A stretch of DNA of 64,000 nucleotides from the human T2T-CHM13v2.0 reference genome, Homo sapiens, in assembly GCF_009914755.1 (NCBI RefSeq), contig NC_060932.1. One strand, written 5' to 3'. Shown piece after piece: positions 39,346 through 58,459 of the stretch. The position numbers and the translations under genes are program-made. The stretch's first letter is position 1, and each line of letters starts with the position of its first letter. The notes under the pieces are model-generated. The model had not been told where the DNA came from. It made no database searches and worked only from the letters and a program-made list of their open reading frames with translations.

Positions 39346-40649
39346 ACGCACACACACAAGATAACACACAGCTGAAGCCCAAGAGCGTGGCACACACAGC
39401 TCCCTCCGCTTTCCCGCATCTCTGAGCATACACATAGTCACTACTAAATATTATATGTGCCTACTTGAGTTGAGAAGGTGTAAACAAGGGTCTCTAATCT
39501 CACTGTTGGTAAATATCTGATACAGAGACCCTTGCTTAGATGTGACCATTTTCTAGATCTGTGATAATTCTTGTAGCTCTTGCTAAGTTACAATAATCAA
39601 TGAAATGAGCCATCCTGACATCACTCTGCTAACCTGTGATACAGTTATAACAAACTGGCTTATCACTACAGGTACCTGAACACAATCTCTGTTGGTTGGT
39701 GACCTGGCCTCCGGGAACAGAACCTGTTCTGCTTTCAAGAGAAAATGCCAGCAATGACTTCTTATCTGATCCTTTCCCACACCAAGGCAGATCAAGTCCT
39801 TAGGTCAGTTCAGCAAATGCAAATGTGTACAGAAGAAACAGAATCAAATCCAAAGCTTCCCATGTGAATTATCACAAGGCTTTGGACATACCAGTTTCCT
39901 TCTTGGTATCACCTAACAGCCCATGATTCAGAGATAACAATGTCTAGCTCTGCCTCCTTTGCTTCCCAAGGATGATGTGAGGGTGACTAGATGGGCCTGA
40001 GGTCCTTGGGTAGGAGGAGCTGACGCTAATTTAATAAGCCTATGTACACACACAGTGCTGAGAAGCACAAAGTCAAGCCAAGGCACCTGCATATGGTAAT
40101 TAGGGTTAGGCATTCAGGGCTGATAAAATATTTCTTTTTAAGTCAGTGAGGCCAAAACAAAGCAAACAACAACATTAAAAGTAGCCTCAGAAACTGACCT
40201 TCCCATTTCCAACCCCTATCTGCAAAACAGAAAGAGAAATCTCTTACTTTCATGTAAAAATTATAGGGCAACTTCTTTGGTTTCTCAGATTTTGAAAGGA
40301 AGACAAGCTGTAAGAAAATAAATATCCTAGGGCCCATGCTAAGTACATACTTTTTAAAAAATTTTAATGTGTTCTATATCTGGATGAACATTTATTACTC
40401 AATATTTATTACTGCCTCAATATTTATTACTGTCTCTATACATATTTCTCTGTCTTAGGTTGTCAAGTCTGATAAGGCAAAGACCAAATATACTTTTGTA
40501 AAGCATGGGAAGCTGTTATGCATAATTAGGCACTTAAAGAGTTTTTGATGAAGATGATTATGAAGAATGAGAATGGTTAATACCATGGTAGGCATGTTTC
40601 ATGAAACCTTCCTGTCTTTTCTAAAATGTCAGCTGACTGCACGTTCATA

Positions 40650-40990
40650 GAATCGTAGAGTTAATGGAAGCTTGAGCTTAGAAATCGTGCAGAGCTTGCT
40701 AAACAGTGTGTGATCTGCAGACCAGCAGCATTGGCACCCCCCAGGAGCTCGTTAGAAAGGCAAACCCTGGGCCTCACTCCAGATCTACTGAGTCAGAATC
40801 TGCACATTTAACAGGATGTACATTAAAGTCTAAGAGGCACCAACTAGAGAACCATTAAGTTCAACTGCTTCATTTTACAGCTGAGAAAGTTTGGGACCCA
40901 GACAGCCTAAGTGATTTGTAAGCCCTTCCACATCCTGACCTGGGATTTGTTGCTCTCTATTCCAACCTTCTACAGCCTCTTCTACTTCAG
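40650..40990. mobile_element. MER5A (about 40690-40845) nested in a minus-strand MIR
   Basis: 'gcagaccagcagcattggca...cagatctactgagtcagaatctgcacatttaaca', flanked by 'atagaatcgtagagtt' and 'ttcattttacagctgagaaa'. Confidence 0.8.
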
Positions 40991-42364
40991 GAGTACTCCT
41001 CCTTGCATTTCTCTTCTGTGGGCCTACAGGAACAAAACTGTAAATAAATAACAACCCACAGATTGCAGGGAACACTGCAATAATGGTAATATTTGTTTGC
41101 CTCAGTCTTTATTCTTTTCCTCACTCACATTTGAATACCAATTGTCACCCTCCTAACATATGGTGACTTTTATCGAAAAAACATTAATTTCTTCAGGTGT
41201 AAAGAGAATGGCTGTACTTTTGTCCACAACTAAGTTTTTTTTTCGCATTTAGAAATCTGAAAGGAATTTGTTGGATATAAAAGAAAAATGCTGTCTTGAA
41301 GAAGATATGCCTTAAAAACAGCAGAGATTAATCAAATCAATAATGCAAGATGTGGAGTAAAGGTTTGAAAATAATATGTAAATTTTGCTGAAAGCAAAAT
41401 GTTTAGATTGGTTAGAGACAAGGACAGACTGACCTGTGTTCCATCATTTCCTAAATAAACCCTGGGAGAGACCACCCTATCAAAGAGAGCCAGAAGGGAA
41501 CAGGCTTACTTAAAAGCACTCTCCTTTCCCTCAAGGCATGGTCTTCATAAGAGAACATCATCCCATCATTTGGGATCAAACCCACGTAAATGAAATAGAT
41601 CAATAAAAATCCATAAACCCAAAAATATTATTTCCGACATGGCCATTGTTATAAATGTACACAGCAAATGTCTTGAGGTACAGAAGTAGGAAAATACACA
41701 GAAGGTGTCTGCTACTTTATCTCCTTCAGTGCCAGAGTTTCTGGGTTTGAAGTACTTAGTTGTATGTGACTTCATATACTTGTTTATTGAGGTTAAGTGG
41801 GCTTAAATTTTTAATCTGTTTAGTAAAATCAACTGCAAAAGTATTAAAACCTATTACTAAAGACATTTTGTAGACAAATATCTAAAAAGAATTGAGGTCA
41901 ATCAATTTCATTGTAATTTGAAGGTTTTTCTTCTCTATCCCTTAGTTAAGTAGGAATAAGAACTAAGTCCTTCTTCACCAGGGCAAAATACCTTCCTAAC
42001 ATATTATAAGTCATGAACAGATGTACTTAGAAAATGAGAAGATTTGAGTTTAGCACACAGACTGAATCTGAAAAATCATCTAAGGTTGGAAACAAGTTCT
42101 CCAAAGAGACACATCTATGTTTCTTTGGAAAAGAGACACATTTTCTTTGGAGAAAACACACATTGACAAGGGTCTCAAATGCAGGCAATCCTTCATCCTT
42201 GCTTATTATTCCTTTATCCTTCCTTATTTTCCCTAAATTTCTTCTTAGTCTCCTGACTCCATACACTAAGGGACAGGCTATTTAGATGACACTGTAGGTA
42301 CCGAATAAAAAGAGCAATTGACAAAAGAAAAATTGTCCAGTGCAGAGATGCTGCTACTTACTGG

Positions 42365-42530
42365 CTGTTTACACGATGAGGTAAATACTATTATTATTCC
42401 CATTTTACACATGAGGAAACTGAAGCATTCAGAGATAACTTATTTGCTCAAGCTTACACAATAGTATGACAGAGTGAGGCAGAAACTAAAAACGCACAAT
42501 CTGGTTCCAGAGTACAGGCGCTTTATTCAA
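42365..42530 (-). mobile_element. MIR
   Basis: 'tactattattattcccattttacacatgaggaaactgaagc'. Confidence 0.85.
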
Positions 42531-43372
42531 TATTTATTTCATTTTTCACCCCTTCACCCACTTCCTTATCTTCCATCTTGCCTGCAAATGCTAGAGTTTC
42601 ACCTACAGTGGAATTATAAGCTAAGAAGTCACTGATCTCCTGCTCTGGTGATATCCTTGCCAGGACTCAACCTTTGCAGGCCTCCCCTTCCAGTAACAAT
42701 AACATAGATTAGCAACCAGAGGTCAGACAGAAAGAGTCTACAGATTCCATCCCAAGCAGCCTTTCCACTCCTTGATTTCCCCCCCTTACTTCCTATCAGC
42801 TCAAACACTAATTTCTGCATTGATATAGGAGCCAAACAAGTAGCCACTTCTTCAGGAATCACATGCCCAGCCTGGAAGGTCATCCCAACACCACTCACGC
42901 AAACAAGGCAGCCTCCAGTCATCTAGTCCTCGACTGGAAAAAAACAAAAACAAAAACACTTCTGACTGTAATATAATTTGCAGGACTATTATCCTCAGAC
43001 AATATTGAATTACTTAGGAGTTCAGCATCAAACATAATCATTTCACTTCTGGATGTCTACTCTGTAACGAGAATGTGCTAGGCATTACAAAGGCGATCAA
43101 CAGGAATAACTTATTAACCCTTCCCTCATGGCAAATTCCCCTTCCGTGAAATTCTTTACTTCCATTTCCTACTTGGTCAACTATTTCAGACTGAGCATAT
43201 GAGACTCAGGAGAGACACTCAGAGTTGGGCCCCTTAAGAGAAAGACCAATAGGGGTGGAGGGGCCTTGAATTGTAGAACTGAAAATACTTCAGTAGAAAG
43301 CCAGACACAGAAGAAATACTTATTATTATTATTATTATGCGTATCGCATGCCATGAAGCAAAATCAATTTAT

Positions 43373-43691
<319 letters not shown>

Positions 43692-44959
43692 TAAGCACCT
43701 CATTGAATCTCCGCAAAACTACTAGAAAGTCTTTACAAAGGAATGTTAAAGCAATTGTAATGACGAACACAGTGACTGCGCAATACTCATAATTTTCTAA
43801 TTTAAGAAGTATTGAAGGAGATATATTCTAGTTCATGTATGCCTATTTCGTTTTAGTGACTAGCCTTCGTAGATGGACTAGTGATTTCAGCACCTTCAAT
43901 TCTATGGGGGTCTTAAGTTTAACAACTGCAAATCCACTAATAATGGAGATTTTCAGAAATAGAACTTTAAGTAGTTTATAATCAGGAAGAATACAACCAC
44001 CCAAATTATTAAGATAAAAGGTAAAACATAAAAGCCATGATTTGGTAGCTAGGTGGGTAGAGGCATTTCCTCTACTGTAAGAAAAACAACAGTGTTGCAC
44101 AATAAAAACCAGCTGATGGTTGGTTGTGGTCTCTGGGTAAGTAGTGGTAAGGACTGAGGCAAACAACCTCATCTAAAGAGGCTGTAAGAGGCAGTCCCTA
44201 AACATCCTATATCTAACTCCTTTGAGAGAATTTGAGAATGTACACCCAGTGTTGGCAGATTTTCTTATTTTTCCTGAGAAGCTAGAAGCCTGGATTTTTA
44301 CATATCTCACAATGTTTAAATATATACTGCTAATGTAAATTTAAAAAGAATAATCTACTGCCCAGCACTAAGTGAGCAAACAAAATATGCTTGAGGATCA
44401 GGTCTGAGGGCCATTTGGAATATGGCTTCTCCCAGGTGGGAGTAGGATGGGATTTTGATAGGAAAAGTCTTGAATTTCAGTCTCACAGCTATGACTCTGT
44501 GACCTAGGAAAAGTGCTTAAAACTTCTGAGGTGAGTGTCCTGCTGCGGAAAGATACTTGGATACTAATAGCCTATGCAGATAGGCCAAAGAGTATAGTCA
44601 GTAAGAAAGGATGCAGGCTTTGGGACCAGACTGTCCAGTCCAAATGTGGCCTCACTACTCATCAGGGCAAATCATTCCACCTCCCTGCGTCTCAGTGTTC
44701 TTCTTTACAATAATGCTGACCTCACACGGTGTTTAGGAGTTAACAAATATTATCTATTTTTTAACATATATGATTGATAAAACAGAATCCCTTGCCTTCC
44801 TTCCCAATCTCCAAACAAATTAAAAAAAAAAACAGACTTTAGAAGAGGCAACTTCGTACTAACATCTTTCTGAACTTGGACATGCAAAGTTCTTTATATA
44901 TGATATAGCATTGTGTTTTCAAATTGATGTAGCTACAAGAAATTTTTAAAAGTTATTTT

Positions 44960-46032
<1,073 letters not shown>

Positions 46033-46034
46033 AC

Positions 46035-47880
<1,846 letters not shown>

Positions 47881-49477
47881 ACAAATTTTTCATTTCATTT
47901 TGAGGTTAAAAATTAGAAACCTCATTAAGTAAGGACATTGCATTTGCTATGCTGAAAAGGCTGCATCCAATAGTAGCAAAAGTTTACATAAAATCAATTT
48001 AAATACTTTCAAAATACTTTAAGAAAAACTTCAAAACCATGTATTTAACCCTTAAGAAAATCAATTTTAAAATAATATATTTTAAAGTTCTCAAAAGGTA
48101 CCCAAATGATGTTAGTTAACTTTTTGTTTCAATATATTTCAAGAAAATGAAAGGAAGGGACTTTTTCTATGTGGGTGTCATTTTGCAATTATTACCCTTA
48201 ATACGAGAGGTTTTTAGTTTTCTTCCTACTTTGGTAATTATTTGAAGGCTTCTTTCTTTCCTAAGCTGTCTATAAGAAGTGGCTACACAGGTCTTACGTA
48301 AGATTATATTTATATTATCTCAAAAATTTTCTTCCCAATGGCTTTTTATGGGATTTAAGAGAACTGGATGTACATTATGAGTGTCAGTCACGATATTAGA
48401 GCAGACAAGTGCCAAAAATTACATCTATTTTCCTTTAACCAACCCTTTATTATAAGCAAAATGTACAGAGTGGCAAAAACACAGTGAAAAGTAATGGAAA
48501 TCTATGTGAAATACATTAAGATGAAGTCCGTTTTCTTTTTTTACAGTTCAACATGAAAGGTTACTGTTAAGAAATTTGAGAGAAAGTATCAGAGTCAAAT
48601 AAGATACAATGAAGGGCAAGAAATGTATAAATACAAATACTCTTCAAATTGATGAACGCACTTTAAAACAATCTAGGAGTAGCTCTGAGTTAAGATGGTT
48701 GTTGGGCCTTTACTTGGAATAGTTCTTAGAAAAATCAGGGCTCTGATTTTATGCTCCATGTGCCAATTAGAAGCAAATGGCGATTCCTCCGGCTAGACTC
48801 TAAATTCATCACATTATTGCTTCATATAGCCATTTTCTCTTCCTTCGTTGAACAGAAGGAAACTGCATGGTACAGTAGTCAGTGAAATGTAAAATAAGGA
48901 TTAACAAGCCATTCTGGAGATTTAGCAAAATGAAGCTTCATCAACCAGCTTGACTCACAGCCAATCCAGCAAAAAGCACCCTAGAAAGAAAACTAAACAG
49001 TGAAGTGACAAGTAGCACAAAAAATTAAATAACTCAGGCATTAAAATCATGAAAAGGTGCATTGTGTTCTGTGATCAACCAAGCCCATTCCTAGAATAAC
49101 AAGAGTCCATCCTGTACTCAACATGCAAGTCCAAAACAGCCCACTGGCCTACCGTGAAATGTGCTTAGGAAAGAAAATAGTACATTACCCTACCTATGTC
49201 CACAGAAGTAAATTTACCAACAGAGAGGAATAGAGGAATATATAGGATTTTGTGAGGACTTATTTTCCCTTTATGTGAAAAGGACACATGACACATCCTT
49301 ACACAGCTGAGGTATAGCACAGGCTACCATCTCCAGGTGCCTGAGACCTAAAAATAATGTTGAATAAATTTGAGTTTTGTTTGGTCAGAGTAAGTCTTTC
49401 ATATGCAAAACTGAATCGTTAATACAGTCAGGTAAACCTAAGTACACTGTCAGTATTTGAAGTCTTTGAATGCTTAA

Positions 49478-49889
<412 letters not shown>

Positions 49890-50099
49890 AATCTGGCTTG
49901 TTTTTACAGGCTATTTCATAATAGAATTTTGCCTTATTTAATAATGAATATTTACTCTAAATCAATTTATTACTGAGAGTACTGTAAAAAGAAGTCATCT
50001 ATCTAGTTCATTTTTTCATCCTCAGACAGGAATACATTAAAGCAGTTCAGGGCAAACATGAGTAGTTCTTACTCTCACTGTTAGGGAAGAAGGCAAGAA

Positions 50100-50140
50100 A
50101 TGTGTGTGTGTGTGCGCGCGCGTGTGTGTGTGTGTGCATA
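50100..50140. repeat. (TG)n(CG)4(TG)n alternating purine-pyrimidine tract
   Basis: tgtgtgtgtgtgtgcgcgcgcgtgtgtgtgtgtgtgcata. Confidence 0.95.
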
Positions 50141-50149
50141 AAAGGATGC

Positions 50150-51330
<1,181 letters not shown>

Positions 51331-52080
51331 TCGGGGATAAGCGCATGCATGTGGCTCTGTGGCTGCAGGAGAACAAACCCTCGGCTGCAAGGCTACACTG
51401 CAGTCAGTCACCTGGGCTGGTCAGGCACCCTGCGCTGGGGCCAGAGACCCAAATAAGCCATTTTGTATGTTGTCCACTATGATTTAAAGATTTTTGACAG
51501 TTTTAGGAAAGGGAAGAGATCTGAGATGTCATTGGGCCCCTCCTAAATACATATCAAAGATCAGTGGGGGGAAAAAATACTGATTTAAAGCTGAAGATTT
51601 CTCAGAACCAACATTTACTCTAATTTTAAAATACTTTTGTACTGTCTAATTACCTCATTTTTTTCCCCAAAAATAACTCCTTAATATCTATTATCTCAAG
51701 AGAGCTTTGGGTCTGGGTGTGCTTCTTTAATTATGTATTATTTACCTCCCAACTCCTTCCTAAAAGGATTTGAAGCAGCCTGAGTAATTTACATGTTTAT
51801 GAAAGAAATGTACTAGACACAAGTGGAACACTGTGTTTCAGCAGTAGTTCATTAGAATTACAACTGGTTATCAATGCTATTTTTATGATCTTTAATCCCC
51901 CAAAGTCCATTACCCTTCAAAAGAATAGTTCCTGGCACTAAAATAAGCATTCCATAATCATTATTAACTGCGGATTTTTTTCACCTCTCTTATTTTTTTC
52001 TCTACTGCATTTAACACCATGATGTGTTTATCCTTGTTATAGTTAGGGGGTTAGGGTTACGGCTGGGGTTAGGACAAATT

Positions 52081-52175
52081 GCAAAATGACTATAATACAA
52101 ATAGCAAAATGACTATAATACAAATAGCAAAATGACTATAATACAAAATAGACAAACAGCAAAATGACTATAATA
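52081..52175. repeat. 23-bp minisatellite (gcaaaatgactataatacaaata), about 3.7 copies
   Basis: Units start at 52081, 52104, 52127 (one extra A) and 52159 (partial). Confidence 0.95.
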
Positions 52176-52644
52176 TCTTTTGGTGTAATCAGAGAGAGCT
52201 GGGTAAGGAGATCTAGAAAATAGTGGGAAAGTACTAAGTCACAAAAAAAGAGCCCAAATAAATCTGCCTTGCCTATTTAATACTAGCAAACAAATATTTG
52301 AACAGACAAGCAAACTAACCCCACCACCCACCTTCAGAAAAGAAGCTAGCTTAACATGCCAGTGGAAAGATATAGAAATGCTAAACTCTAATAAGAGCAA
52401 AGGAAAGTTGTTATGGAAAATATCAAAGTGAAAGGATTTAGATAAATTGAAGAGGTTCATTTATCATCCTTAAGGAAAAAAGGCAAATCAGCAAAGGACA
52501 GTTTCTTTCTTGTCAATAATAGCTGATCTATTTGTTTTTAGCTTTTTGAGAAAGCATTGTACTACATTCTTATTGTTCACTGCTGTAATTTAATATGCTA
52601 AATGATTTTTACAAGTGGAGATTTATCACAATGCTTTTAAGAAC

Positions 52645-53456
<812 letters not shown>

Positions 53457-53814
53457 TGCTCATTTAAAAAACAAAACAAATCTGTGAAGGAAGATGTTGA
53501 TTGAAATTGCATTAAAATTATAGATTAATTTAAAAAATCAAAGATGATCCTATATTGAGTCTCTCAATCCATAAACTCTGCATATATCTTTCCACTTACT
53601 CTTAGCTCTTTTATGCATTTCAATAGTTCTATAATTCTCTTCACAAAGGGCCATGAGTAGTTTCTGCTGCTAATGTAAATGGTATTTTTATATAATTAAA
53701 ACAATCTCAAACAATTACCTAATTTTCCTGGTGTACAGGAATACAGCCATGACATGTCCCACAATTTTTCTACTCTCTCTCCCAGGTAATTTGTGGAACT
53801 CCCTCTTGGCTTTA

Positions 53815-54800
53815 TCAATCGATAGCATTCTACAAATATTCAGTGAGTATTCTATGTCCCTGGGGTGGACTATAAAACAAGAACACATCTATGGAGCTCT
53901 TATTCTGTGCCAGACTCTGTTCTGATGCTTTCTATATATTAGCTCTTTTATTTCTCACAAAACCCTATGAGACATTCTGTTACTTAGATGAGGACAATTA
54001 AAAAGATAGGATATGTAACTTGCCCAACACCACAAATAAGTGATTGGTTCCTACAGACTAGATCCAATGCTAGACACTGAGGAAATAAATATTAAGATGT
54101 GACATCGGCCTTCAAGAAGCTCATAGTCCAGTGGGAGAAAGAGAGACCACTAACCAGCAATTACAGCAGTGTGAAAGGCATTTTGAAAGGGATGTAATAG
54201 AGCACATGGGAATGCAAATGAGGGACATTGAAACCAGATTAGGTTGAGGTGGTTGGCCAATCAGGATCAGCTTCTCAGAGAATAGGACACCTGAAGAGGG
54301 AAGTCAGCTGACGAACTCTAGGGAGTGGTTTATGAAAGCCTCGGGCCACACGTGAGGAACTCTGAGTTATATAACTAGAACACAGATCACACAGCAGAAT
54401 GCAAGAAATGAGGCTGACTGACCACCAGGGGTCTGATCGCAAAAGACTCTATGCCACATTAAGGAGTTAGATCTCTTACCTGGAGACAATGTTCAGAAAA
54501 ATCAATGAAGGATTTTAAAGAATGACCTGAGCAGATTGGCATGTTAGAAAATTCTCCCTGGCAGGAGGGTGGAAAATATTGATAATATAGTCCTAGCCAA
54601 GTCTGGCAGAATGGAGACTAGCTAATACAGGAACATATGTCATCCAGATGATAAGGGTCTAAACTAAGAGAATGGCCGAAGGATTTGAAATCAAAAGCAG
54701 ATTCAATATTTAATAGATAGAGCATACAGACCTTGAAGGAAGAGGCATCAAGAGTGATTTCCTGTTTTATTGGCCTCCTCTATTGAATGGGAGACAGTAA
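53815..54800 (-). mobile_element. L2 fragments with a nested MIR (about 53880-54040)
   Basis: 'ggccttcaagaagctcatagtccagtgggag', 'tatgccacattaaggagttaga', 'tgaaggattttaa'. Confidence 0.7.
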
Positions 54801-54984
54801 GGCAAAGACTACAGGAAGATGTAAGATGTGGAAGAGGGAAGCATATTGGGGCACACTGACAAGCTGGTTATTTGCACATGCCGAATTAGAGTTTCATATA
54901 GCAAAAATTCATTTTGTATCAGGCACCTAAGGGATTCTCCAAAAGATGCACTAAACACAATTCTTTTCTCCTATGATCTAGTAG

Positions 54985-55298
54985 AGAATCATGTTTCACT
55001 TAATGACGGGGATACATCCTGAGAAATGCATCACTGGGCAATTTCATCATGCGAACATCATACAATGTACTTACACAAACCTAGATGGTATAGTGTACTA
55101 CATACCTAGGCTATATGGGGTAGCCTATTGCTCCTAGGCTACAAACCTGTACAGCATGTTACTGTACTGAATACTGTAAGGCCATTATACTACAACATAG
55201 AAAAGATACAGTAACAATATGATTTTATAATCTTATGGGACCACGGTTTTATATGTGATCCATCACTGACAAAAATGTTGGTATGTGGTACATGATTA
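54985..55298. mobile_element. Tigger3a/MER7-type MITE
   Basis: 'cttaatgacggggatacatcctgagaaatgcatc' and 'gcctattgctcctaggctacaaacctgtacagcatgttactgtactgaatactgta'. Confidence 0.9.
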
Positions 55299-55464
55299 CA
55301 TACATATATAAATAAACAATTCACAGTAGGACTTGGTAAATGCTAAACTCCATGAAAGCTTCAACAAGCAGTCCAAGGACCAGTTTTATCAATGGGATTT
55401 AAAAAATGCATCCTAAGTCACAGGATGAAGAAAGAAGAAGAAGAAGAAGAAGAAAAAAAAACAC

Positions 55465-55630
55465 CCTGTCCAGGTGCAGTGGCTCACACCTAAAATCTTT
55501 TGGAAGGGTGAGGCGGGAGAATTGCTTGAGCCTAGGAGTTCAACCCTGTAGTAAGCTATGACTGCATCACTGCACTCCAGCCTCAGCAACACAGCAAGAC
55601 CTTGTCTCAAAAAAAAAAAAAAAGAAACAA
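55465..55630 (+). mobile_element. Deleted Alu/FRAM monomer, preceded by an (AAG)n tract at 55427-55460
   Basis: 'ttgcttgagcctaggagttc...actgcactccagcct...gtctcaaaaa'. Confidence 0.8.
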
Positions 55631-55679
55631 AACTTGGATAATATTAGTTTAGGCATCTGTCTGAATAAAAGTAAATCCA

Positions 55680-56000
55680 GGCTGGGTGCAATGGCTCACA
55701 CCTGTAACCCCAACACTTTGGGAGGCTAAGGAAGGTGGATGGCTTGATCTCAGGAGTTCAAGACCAGCCTGAGCAACATGGCAAAACCACATCTCTGCAA
55801 AAAAAAAAAAAAAAAAAAAAAGGAAAAGAAAAAAAAGAAAAATTAGCTGGGCATGGTGGTGTGCACCTATAGTTCCAGGCTACTTGAGGCGCTGAGGCGG
55901 GAGGATTGCTTGAGCGTGGGAGGTCAAGGCTGCAGTGAGCTGTGTTCACTCCACTGCAGTCCAGTGCAGGTGACAAAGCAAGACTCTGTCTCAAAAAATA
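55680..56000 (+). mobile_element. AluJ with an expanded middle A-tract
   Basis: J-type arms; A-rich linker of about 44 nt at 55799-55842. Confidence 0.92.
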
Positions 56001-58459
56001 AAATCCATTTGTGAATATTAAAATGACAATATCATTTCCTATAATGAGGCAGTGAAGAAATACATTTATTCTGAATATAATTTGATCTCTGTTAAATATG
56101 ACAAATCCATAGAATCTACATGTCAGAATGAAGGGGTTTCTAAATGTCAACTAACCATCAAATGTTGATGTCCCTCTACAGATTCAGCAACATTAGCTTG
56201 ATCCAAAATTGTATCCCTCGTCATGGAACTAATTCAACAAATGAAACAGCATTACAACTTTTAAAATTAAGTTCTTCATTGAGCAGTATGCTTTTCTCCA
56301 CCTCATATAGAAAAAATAATGAAAATTGTTTCTCAAGTTCATGGTATATACCACTTTACCTATGTCATAAGGACATGGGTCTGATTTAATAAATCACTTT
56401 TAATCCCTAACTGATCTCAAAACTAATGCCGATTTCTTGTGGTAGTGAGCTTTAACAGGAGAAATTATATGAGAATTGACAGAGAAAGCACAAAACACGC
56501 CTTGTATCAGATCTCTCTTTAAATCTCAACTCAAAACCTTCTTAGCTGCATGATATAGGCAAGTCACACCACCACTTCAACTAGATTTTCTTTCCTACAA
56601 AGTAGCAATTGTGAGGCCTTAATGTACGATACATATTACTGCACTTAAAAATACTTGCTCCTTAATAAATGTTTAATAAGTGAAGACATATACTAAAAAC
56701 AACAACAAAACAGAGCAAATGGTATGCTGACAGCATACAGCCTTCTTGGCACCATCACAACCAGCTGCACAGAGAACAGAACTGACTGTATGCCTTACCT
56801 GAATCTGCCCCAGGTAAGGCATCTACCTTCAGTGGGTGAGACATGAATCCAGGATGCAGCTAGAATTGGGGAGATAATCTAACATGATTAATTTTAAAAA
56901 GTCTGAGGGTGGTCCGAAAGTCTAGAAACCAATGAAGACCCATGTATAATTAATGGTATGTTCATTTTACTTCACATAATATGTTCTAGAACATAGATGT
57001 TTCCAGACTTTACGAACAGTCTATGTAATCAACACATAAATGCTTTCGCATTTTATCACAAAGCTAAAGCCTCTCCCTCATGCAAATCCATCATTCTTAA
57101 AATTGCAGTTAACTGTCTTCCTTTCAAGATTGTCTCTGAGGTTCCTCTTTCACTTAGACACAAATGTAGGCACAGACAAGGGGGTAGACACGTTGCCTTT
57201 ACAACATGATCATGTCTTGTATGCCATACCCCCAGATGTGGCCCTGAGCCCACCTTACACCATAAATGATGTGAGACTGACCACCAAGACCAAGCAGCAC
57301 AATATCCCCCTAGGGAAACCTGTGACAAGAAATCACCCTCTCTGGACGATCAGCCACACGCAGTAGCAACTGAATTTGATCGTTGCTGATGAAAATAACC
57401 TCAGGAAGGAGTGTTCATCCAACATTCCAAAATAATCAAAGCAGCAATCTACACTGTGACAATCATGGTGTGGTCTGTAAACCAAACGGCCTGCCTTGCC
57501 CTGGTCAATTCTGCAGGACGTAATGGCCAGGCTTCAGGGGGAGGTATAGCCCCTCCATCACTTCCTGGCATCTCATTCAAACTGGGTTCATGCCAGAGAC
57601 AGGCAGTTAACACCCTGCAGTCTGCTGTGGGGTGTGGGCTGACATTCTAGAGGATGCTGCGGTAGGGCTCACTGCGGTTCTCCCCAGCTGAGAGCGTGTG
57701 GTGGAGCAGGGGGCCACCATAGGAAAATGTTTTCTTGTCTTTTTTTGTTTTTCATCTTCTTCCTCTCTACCTATACCCCAGGAGGGACATCGTCCTAAAA
57801 GTCAGGCCAGGCTAAACTTATTATGATATTAAGTCTTTCAGATAAATATGTTCAATACCCTATCCACATGAGCAAATTAAGCTAGAACCTTCCTCACACA
57901 TTCAGATGGGGGCAGGCAGGTAATTTATTGAAGCAAATGTGTTTTCAAGCCAGCTTTTAAGCAAGATTTCTAATTATCAGTGTGCTTTTCACTCAGCAAC
58001 CCTCCTCCACATCTTCAACATCATTTTTGCAACTCTTGGTTCAAGAGCCACTTAAGAAATAAATGATTCATGGCAACTGAAAGCATGACAATTTTCTGTG
58101 AGGCCTAATGGTTGGGTTTCTAGGTCTATGGGTGATAAAATTATGCTACCCCTTAAACCTTTCAACTTCTTTTATGGGAAAAAGAGGCCCAGAAACACCA
58201 ATATTAAGATCCAAGCTCTTCTTTGCAATATATATATATTTTCCCCTAGAACTTAAAATTCTAGCTTTGAGGGAAAAAAAAATTAAACTTCTTCAGAAAA
58301 GAGAAAAGCTAGCAAAAATGAACACTCTGGTTCTATCCCAAGATGGGATATATTGAGTCCTGTATCTGAGAGATTGACCATGTTCACTCATGAAACAACC
58401 CTCAAAGGTGTTCTGAATTTTGCAGGGTTGTTCTTACCATTTTCACACAGGCAGGACTC

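Noticed and set aside
40390-40436. Short 18-bp tandem (ctcaatatttattactg)
   Set aside because: An ordinary AT-rich slippage duplication with no further structure.
52081-52175. 23-bp repeats as a CRISPR-like array
   Set aside because: The units are head-to-tail without unique spacers, the context is eukaryotic, and there are no cas genes.
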